DNA of 5,554 nucleotides from a virus: positions 1 through 5,554 of the IMG/VR virus record IMGVR_UViG_3300030418_000012; one strand, written 5' to 3'. Of the stretch, positions 1-4,021 are shown one piece after another. Below the pieces are notes generated by a model, which had not been told where the DNA came from, did no database searches, and worked only from the letters and a program-made list of their open reading frames with translations. Within the stretch, counting starts at the first letter, position 1. Each line of letters opens with the position of its first letter. Both the position numbers and the translations under genes were made by a program.

Positions 1-6
1 GGTGGG

Positions 7-951
7 TTAAGCCGTGGCCGTCGCGTCGATGCGGACGATGGCGGACGGGTTGGTCAGCTTGGTCAGCGAGTAGACGCGGTTGGTTACCAGCGTCAAAGCG
101 GGCGTCGGCTTGTATTCCGTGATGACTTCGCGGCGGAGCTTGCCGGACAAACCAAACGTCTTGATGGCAGAGGCGTCGAACTGCGTCGGGGAGTCTTCCT
201 TGTACAGGACATAGACTTCGTTCTCCATGATGGTCTTGGCGTCGCCGGAAGCGTCGCGGTAGGGCATGGCTGCGATGTAAATATCCCTGATAGGCCGAAT
301 CAGCGCATTGCGGAGCAGGTCTTCGTTGAAGAGGCCGACACTGTTGAATGACACCACCTGTCTGGCAATGGGGTTGGCTCGCAGGAGCTGCCAGGCGTTG
401 ATGCCAAAGACGATGGTGTTAGGCATGTGTCCAGTCGCCGCATTGATGGACAGGATGGCATTATCCAGATCCGTCAGCGGATTCTTCTGTTCGTTGGCCC
501 AGTCCCCGTAACCGGCTGCGGCAGGCAACTGGCTGGTGATGAGCTTGGCACGTTCATATTCATACGAGGTCACAAACTGTGATTCGATGAGCTTGTATTC
601 CGCCAGGGTGATAGCCTGCGCCTTTTCGCGGTTGACGCCCAGCAAGGCGTCCGGAATCGGCAAGGTTAAGCCGTACCCCTGAAGGGTGTCGGTTTCGTTC
701 CTGCCGCGCAGGACGGTCTGGCGGGGAGGTTCGCCCGGTCCCACCTGGATCGGCTGGGCCGTAAAGGCAGATTCCGTGTCCCAGACCTTGTACTGGAAAT
801 TGAGGTCGTAAACCGGGACGATCGGCGCAATGCGGCTGATAATGGAGTTCTCTTCGGTGTTTCCGGAACCCGCAGAATAAGCGGTCAGAACATCGGTGAA
901 CTGGACGGCTGAGCAAAATGGAGTAGCCCTTGTTCTTTGTCTTTCTATTGA
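7..951 (-). CDS. Major capsid protein (HK97-fold, lambda gpE-like class); 3' end firm, 5' end unresolved (coordinates give the maximal stop-to-stop open frame)
   Basis: The minus-strand frame is open from TAA 952-954 to TAA 7-9 (hand-translated). The track ORF 7..744 (245 aa) begins at GTG 742-744, the first canonical start. The in-frame translation upstream (..AVQFTDVLTAYSAGSGNTEENSIISRIAPIVPVYDLNFQYKVWDTESAFTAQPIQ|VGPGEPP..) reads as real protein and brings the size to about 300 aa, typical for a major capsid protein. It is the last gene after protease/scaffold and a small decoration-like gene, which is the usual capsid position. The xAPxVPV...Y.V.D N-terminal motif and overall character match phage major capsid proteins of the gpE-like class as I remember them. 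No search was run. Confidence 0.8.
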   Translation of the reverse strand, partial: SIERQRTRATPFCSAVQFTDVLTAYSAGSGNTEENSIISRIAPIVPVYDLNFQYKVWDTESAFTAQPIQVGPGEPPRQTVLRGRNETDTLQGYGLTLPIPDALLGVNREKAQAITLAEYKLIESQFVTSYEYERAKLITSQLPAAAGYGDWANEQKNPLTDLDNAILSINAATGHMPNTIVFGINAWQLLRANPIARQVVSFNSVGLFNEDLLRNALIRPIRDIYIAAMPYRDASGDAKTIMENEVYVLYKEDSPTQFDASAIKTFGLSGKLRREVITEYKPTPALTLVTNRVYSLTKLTNPSAIVRIDATATA

Positions 952-963
952 TTAGTGTTGATG

Positions 964-1395
964 CTACGCAGCTGCGACCTGGTAGGAGGGGACGAATCCG
1001 ATTTCCACCATGCCCTGTTCCCACTGGGCGTGGATCACGCGGGCATAGACAGTTTCTCCGCTGGCGGCGGCTTTCCATGTTCCGTTGGCCGTGATGGTGA
1101 CGGGCGTTCCGGCATTGATCGTGCCCGGCGTGTCGGAAAGAGCCGCCTTGATCAAGCCGGCGTACATGCCGACGAGGGCGGCGACGCAGGTTCCTTGGTT
1201 GGGCTGCCCTTGCAGGACTACGCCGAGCAGCTGCGTCTGCGTGGGAATGGCGGTCAGCGGCGTGCCGACAAACTCGGGAATGTCCGGGTTGGCTGTCAGC
1301 TCCACGACGGTTCCTTCCTTGCCGCATAGGTCAACACCCTCCGGGGTGTTGAAATAGACGATGGCGCTTTTCTGGGTTACGTTGAGTGATGGCAT
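964..1395 (-). CDS. Small head protein, probable head-decoration protein (DUF2190-like)
   Basis: 143-aa ORF with ATG at 1393-1395 and TAG at 964-966, sitting between the protease/scaffold and capsid genes. It is Gly/Ala/Thr/Val-rich and looks beta-rich (..GKEGTVVELTA..LLGVVLQGQPNQGTCVAALVGMYAGLIKAAL..GTPVTITANGTWKAAASGETVYARVIHA..), like the DUF2190-type proteins found immediately upstream of gpE-like capsid genes. There is no Shine-Dalgarno sequence; the leader is A-rich (ACAAAACA before the ATG). The function call is by position and resemblance only. Confidence 0.65.
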   Translation of the reverse strand: MPSLNVTQKSAIVYFNTPEGVDLCGKEGTVVELTANPDIPEFVGTPLTAIPTQTQLLGVVLQGQPNQGTCVAALVGMYAGLIKAALSDTPGTINAGTPVTITANGTWKAAASGETVYARVIHAQWEQGMVEIGFVPSYQVAAA

Positions 1396-1416
1396 TGTTT
1401 TGTATCAGGTTGGAGA

Positions 1417-2538
1417 TTATCGTTCGGAGGTTACAATGTAGCCTTCTTCAGTGGCTTTCTGACAGGCGTCGTAGCGCTTCATGCCGCCCTTCATCAATTC
1501 GTCCACGCGGTTGGTGAATCCGTCAATGGATTCCTTCTTGCGGAACGGATTGGGAGGTGTCTGGTTGGCACGCCGGTTCAAGGACGTTCTTCCAACTGGA
1601 TTGCGGCGGCTTTCGTCAACAACGTCATGCGACGGCTTTGACTTCGCGGACCGATTGAGAGCCTTGACAAAGGCGCCCAGTGCGGCGGGGCTTTCCCGGA
1701 GAGAGTTTTTCAGCTCTTCCCGGCGTTCTTCCGTGAATTCCTTGCGTTCTTCCTCGTCCAGCTCGTTTTCATACGTGCTGACGGCGTCGTCCACTTCGGC
1801 GTTCACGTGGTCTTTCTCCCGCTTTTCCAGCGAGAGCAGTTCATCGAGGCGTCCGAGGATATCCCTGCTCATGTCGTCGGTGCCGTCAAATTCGACATCC
1901 AGCTTGTCAAGCAGGGAATCAAACAGGGCCCGCTGGGCCTTGTCCATTTCCTTGGACGGATATTCTCTATCGTCGTTTTCCATATTGGTTTCTGGGTTGT
2001 TTTCCCCCTGTTCGGGGCTTTGTTGTTCGCCCCCGGTCTCCGTGGAGGCGGGGGAAGTCTGTCGGTTGACCAGAGGGCGCTTTCCCTTAATTCGGGGACG
2101 GTTGGTCAGGGCGAAGCCTGTCAGCTTGGCGGGGCGGTAAATGCCGCCCTCGAAGGTCATGCCCTCTCCATATTCAGTGGAGGATTGCGTATATTCTTTG
2201 TCGGCCAACATTTGCTGCCCGCGTGGCGTCCATTCGATGAAGCCGTACAACTCCAACGCGCCGGAAGGATCGCGGTAGGTGTCCAGCCGCTTGAGCCATC
2301 CGAGAGCGCGAGTGTCGCGTGAAAGGTCATGGCTCAAGTGGTCGCCGTCAATGAGCATGCCGGGCCCGTCAAAGGTGCGGGAGTTGAATTCGTCCACCAT
2401 GGACTTGATCGCCTGCTCGTCGATGCGGAGCACCGCAGGCCCCTCGCCGTAGTCGACCTCATGATCTCCGCTTTTCTCGACGTGGAACCAGCCGTTGGCG
2501 GGATTGGACAGGTCATTGATTTGTTTGGTACTGATCAT
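1417..2538 (-). CDS. Prohead protease / scaffolding protein (Mu gpI-like N-terminal domain plus acidic coiled-coil C-terminal half)
   Basis: 373-aa ORF with ATG 2536-2538 preceded by AAGGA at a 7-nt spacing, and TAA 1417-1419. The N-terminal 150 aa (..NGWFHVEKSGDHEV..LRIDEQAIKSMVDEFN..GMLIDGDHLSHD..ALGWLKRL..LELYGFIEWTPRGQQMLADKEY..) match the pattern I recall for the Mu-like prophage protein I protease family (W.H..P.G.., ..ID.EH..). A low-complexity linker follows, then a Glu/Asp/Arg/Lys-rich helical region typical of scaffolds. The start overlaps the portal 3' end by 26 nt. Confidence 0.85.
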   Translation of the reverse strand: MISTKQINDLSNPANGWFHVEKSGDHEVDYGEGPAVLRIDEQAIKSMVDEFNSRTFDGPGMLIDGDHLSHDLSRDTRALGWLKRLDTYRDPSGALELYGFIEWTPRGQQMLADKEYTQSSTEYGEGMTFEGGIYRPAKLTGFALTNRPRIKGKRPLVNRQTSPASTETGGEQQSPEQGENNPETNMENDDREYPSKEMDKAQRALFDSLLDKLDVEFDGTDDMSRDILGRLDELLSLEKREKDHVNAEVDDAVSTYENELDEEERKEFTEERREELKNSLRESPAALGAFVKALNRSAKSKPSHDVVDESRRNPVGRTSLNRRANQTPPNPFRKKESIDGFTNRVDELMKGGMKRYDACQKATEEGYIVTSER

Positions 2539-3778
2539 CGCTAAATCCTTTCATGAGCCCGGTATAAATGAGCTGCTGCAGCTGCTCGTAAGCGTCGGCG
2601 GGGATGTATGTGCCTTCCGGCTCCCGGTTGACGGCAGCCGCTGCGGGAGCGGTTTCCCTCGTGTCTTCGATGGACATGCCGATCTTTTCCTCGATTTCGG
2701 TTTTCTCGGGACGGACGCCTCCATCCGCAAGAGCGGCAATTTCCTCGGCCTTCTGCAGAGGCGTTTGGACGGTATCAAAGGTGATTTGGAGGCGGGCCAG
2801 CGGTTCGCCGTCTCCCAGCACCATCGGGCTAATAGAGGAGTTAAAAGCTTCCGCTACCTTGGAGCACACGGCGGAGACCACCGAGTTCCAGCTGTCCGTA
2901 TGGGCAGACCCGGCCAGCGTGCCGGAACCCGATTCGTTCAGGACAGTCAAGGTTCCTGCCATCACAAACCGCACCTGATCCTTGTCGGCCATGTTGATGC
3001 GGGATAGGAAGTAGTTTTCGTTGATGGAGGATGCCTTGAGGGGTTCCGCCGTACAGCCGGGAGGCAGGACGACGGATGCGCCGGACTTGAGTTCTTCGCA
3101 GGCGCGCTCAAGCGCGTCCATGACAGCGGCGCTTGCTTTTTGGGGAGCTGTGATAATAGCCGGGGCGGAGCCGTAGCGGTCCATATGGTTGTCCCACACC
3201 ATCTTGGCGTGGTTGCGCTCAAAGGATGCGCGGGAAGCCGAGAACAGGATGGGGTAACGGTGCTCCATTACAACGAGAGTTTCGTCTTCTACACTTTCCC
3301 CGGTATCGACGCCGATATAACAGTGGGGGTTGAATTGCCACTCATTAAGTTCCCCGGGCCGCACCCAGTAACGCTGGGGAATGAATTCAAACCTCCGGCC
3401 CCAGGCATCCTCAATATATTGGAGATGGGCATAGCCATAGAACAGAGCAGAGGCCAGATGTCCGAAGGCCTGTTGAAGACCGTTGACGGAGTTGTAGAAT
3501 TCTTCCAGGTCCTTTTTCTGCTGCTGGGCTTCCCGGCTGTCGTTGGCTGCATCAATCTTCCAGCCTTGCATAGAGACGCTTTCAATTAACCGGGAGTAGA
3601 GCATGCCCAGAAGTCCGTCCGAGTAGATAACCTCGTCCCAGATGAGCATCTGGCGTGCAAAAGCTCCACGCCGTGCTTCATTTCTTGCGTCAACGAGTGT
3701 TTGCAAGCCGGCACCCTGAAGAGGGTCCCAGTATTCAAACCATTGAGGGCGGCCAGGAGTGCGGCTCCGGTCCGTCAA
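2513..3778 (-). CDS. Portal protein (Mu gp29 / DUF935 family)
   Basis: 421-aa ORF directly downstream of terL in transcription order, with stop TGA 2513-2515. The segment ..VRFVMAGTLTVLNESGSGTLAGSAHTDSWNSVV.. resembles the conserved G.LT....G.GS.A....H core of DUF935 portals. The N-terminal ..GLQTLVDARNEARRG...WDEV...D..L..L...R...V.. resembles the conserved N-terminal block. The first canonical start is TTG 3776-3778, with no SD. The frame stays open upstream to 3947, so the start is uncertain (see findings). Confidence 0.9.
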   Translation of the reverse strand: MTDRSRTPGRPQWFEYWDPLQGAGLQTLVDARNEARRGAFARQMLIWDEVIYSDGLLGMLYSRLIESVSMQGWKIDAANDSREAQQQKKDLEEFYNSVNGLQQAFGHLASALFYGYAHLQYIEDAWGRRFEFIPQRYWVRPGELNEWQFNPHCYIGVDTGESVEDETLVVMEHRYPILFSASRASFERNHAKMVWDNHMDRYGSAPAIITAPQKASAAVMDALERACEELKSGASVVLPPGCTAEPLKASSINENYFLSRINMADKDQVRFVMAGTLTVLNESGSGTLAGSAHTDSWNSVVSAVCSKVAEAFNSSISPMVLGDGEPLARLQITFDTVQTPLQKAEEIAALADGGVRPEKTEIEEKIGMSIEDTRETAPAAAAVNREPEGTYIPADAYEQLQQLIYTGLMKGFSDDQYQTNQ

Positions 3779-3900
3779 GGCTTGCCGGGCGAGGTCTGTT
3801 TCCAGTTCCTTGATTCTGGTCTCCTGTTGGGCGACCAGCTTCGGGGCGTTGAGGATATTTCGGACGGCGTTAAACCTGCGGCGGGAGGAAAGGAAAAGGT

Positions 3901-3974
3901 TGGTTGCAGGGGGAGGAGTTGGACCTCCGACATGAGGACAGGAACCTCATATGATACCGTTTCACCACCCTGCG
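3901..3974 (-). tRNA. tRNA-like gene with a complete cloverleaf, anticodon CCU (nominally tRNA-Arg), atypical initiator-like acceptor stem, CCA encoded
   Basis: Minus strand 3974->3901 reads CGCAGGG TG GTGA AACGGTA TCAT A TGAGG TTCCTGT CCTCA TGTC GGAGG TCCAACT CCTCC CCCTGCA A CCA. All four stems fall in the canonical order and spacing. The invariants U8, A14, G18G19, A21, U33, G53-C61, C56 and A58 are present, as are the discriminator and CCA. The deviations are a C1xA72 mismatch, C55, G37 next to U36, a 7-nt D loop and a 4-nt variable loop. It was folded by hand only; no tRNAscan-SE or Infernal run. Confidence 0.6.
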
Positions 3975-4020
3975 GTTGAATATACATCAACACATATAGA
4001 TATGTTGATATATTGTCAAC
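3975..4020. promoter_or_regulatory. AT-rich island with two tandem 17-bp GTTGA-N7-TCAAC palindromes and promoter-like hexamers, immediately 5' of the tRNA-like gene
   Basis: Plus strand: GTTGA ATATACA TCAAC (3975-3991) and GTTGA TATATTG TCAAC (4004-4020), with centres 29 bp apart. The inner arms ATCAAC (3986-3991) and GTTGAT (4004-4009) form a third inverted repeat. On the minus strand, TTGACA (4019-4014) is followed 15-17 nt later by TATATG/TATGTG, and TATATT (3984-3979) ends 4 nt before tRNA position 1. This is the only AT-rich stretch in the window, and it starts 1 nt after the terL stop codon. Its function is not established. Confidence 0.4.
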
Positions 4021-4021
4021 C

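Noticed and set aside
3880-3925. Pyrimidine-rich tract on the coding strand (CCAACTCCTCCCCCTGCAACCAACCTTTTCCTTTCCTCCCGCC), considered as a -1 frameshift slippery site or a special regulatory element.
   Set aside because: No X XXY YYZ heptamer lies in register with either candidate zero frame. Half of the tract is the T arm and acceptor 3' strand of the tRNA-like element. The remainder is too short to interpret.
3775-3950. Small ORFs in the terL-portal gap: ATG 3948-3950 to TAA 3870-3872 (26 aa, MRFLSSCRRSNSSPCNQPFPFLPPQV) and ATG 3931-3933 to TGA 3775-3777 (52 aa).
   Set aside because: Both start codons sit inside the anticodon arm of the tRNA-like cloverleaf. The peptides are low-complexity and Pro/Ser-rich, there is no convincing RBS, and the region is better explained by the tRNA plus the portal leader.
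3901-3950. Short hairpins ATGAGG-N7-CCTCAT (3932-3950) and GGAGG-N7-CCTCC (3912-3928), considered as a rho-independent terminator or attenuator after terL.
   Set aside because: The stems are only 5-6 bp and have no following U-tract in the standard arrangement. They are exactly the anticodon and T arms of the tRNA-like fold, which explains them better.
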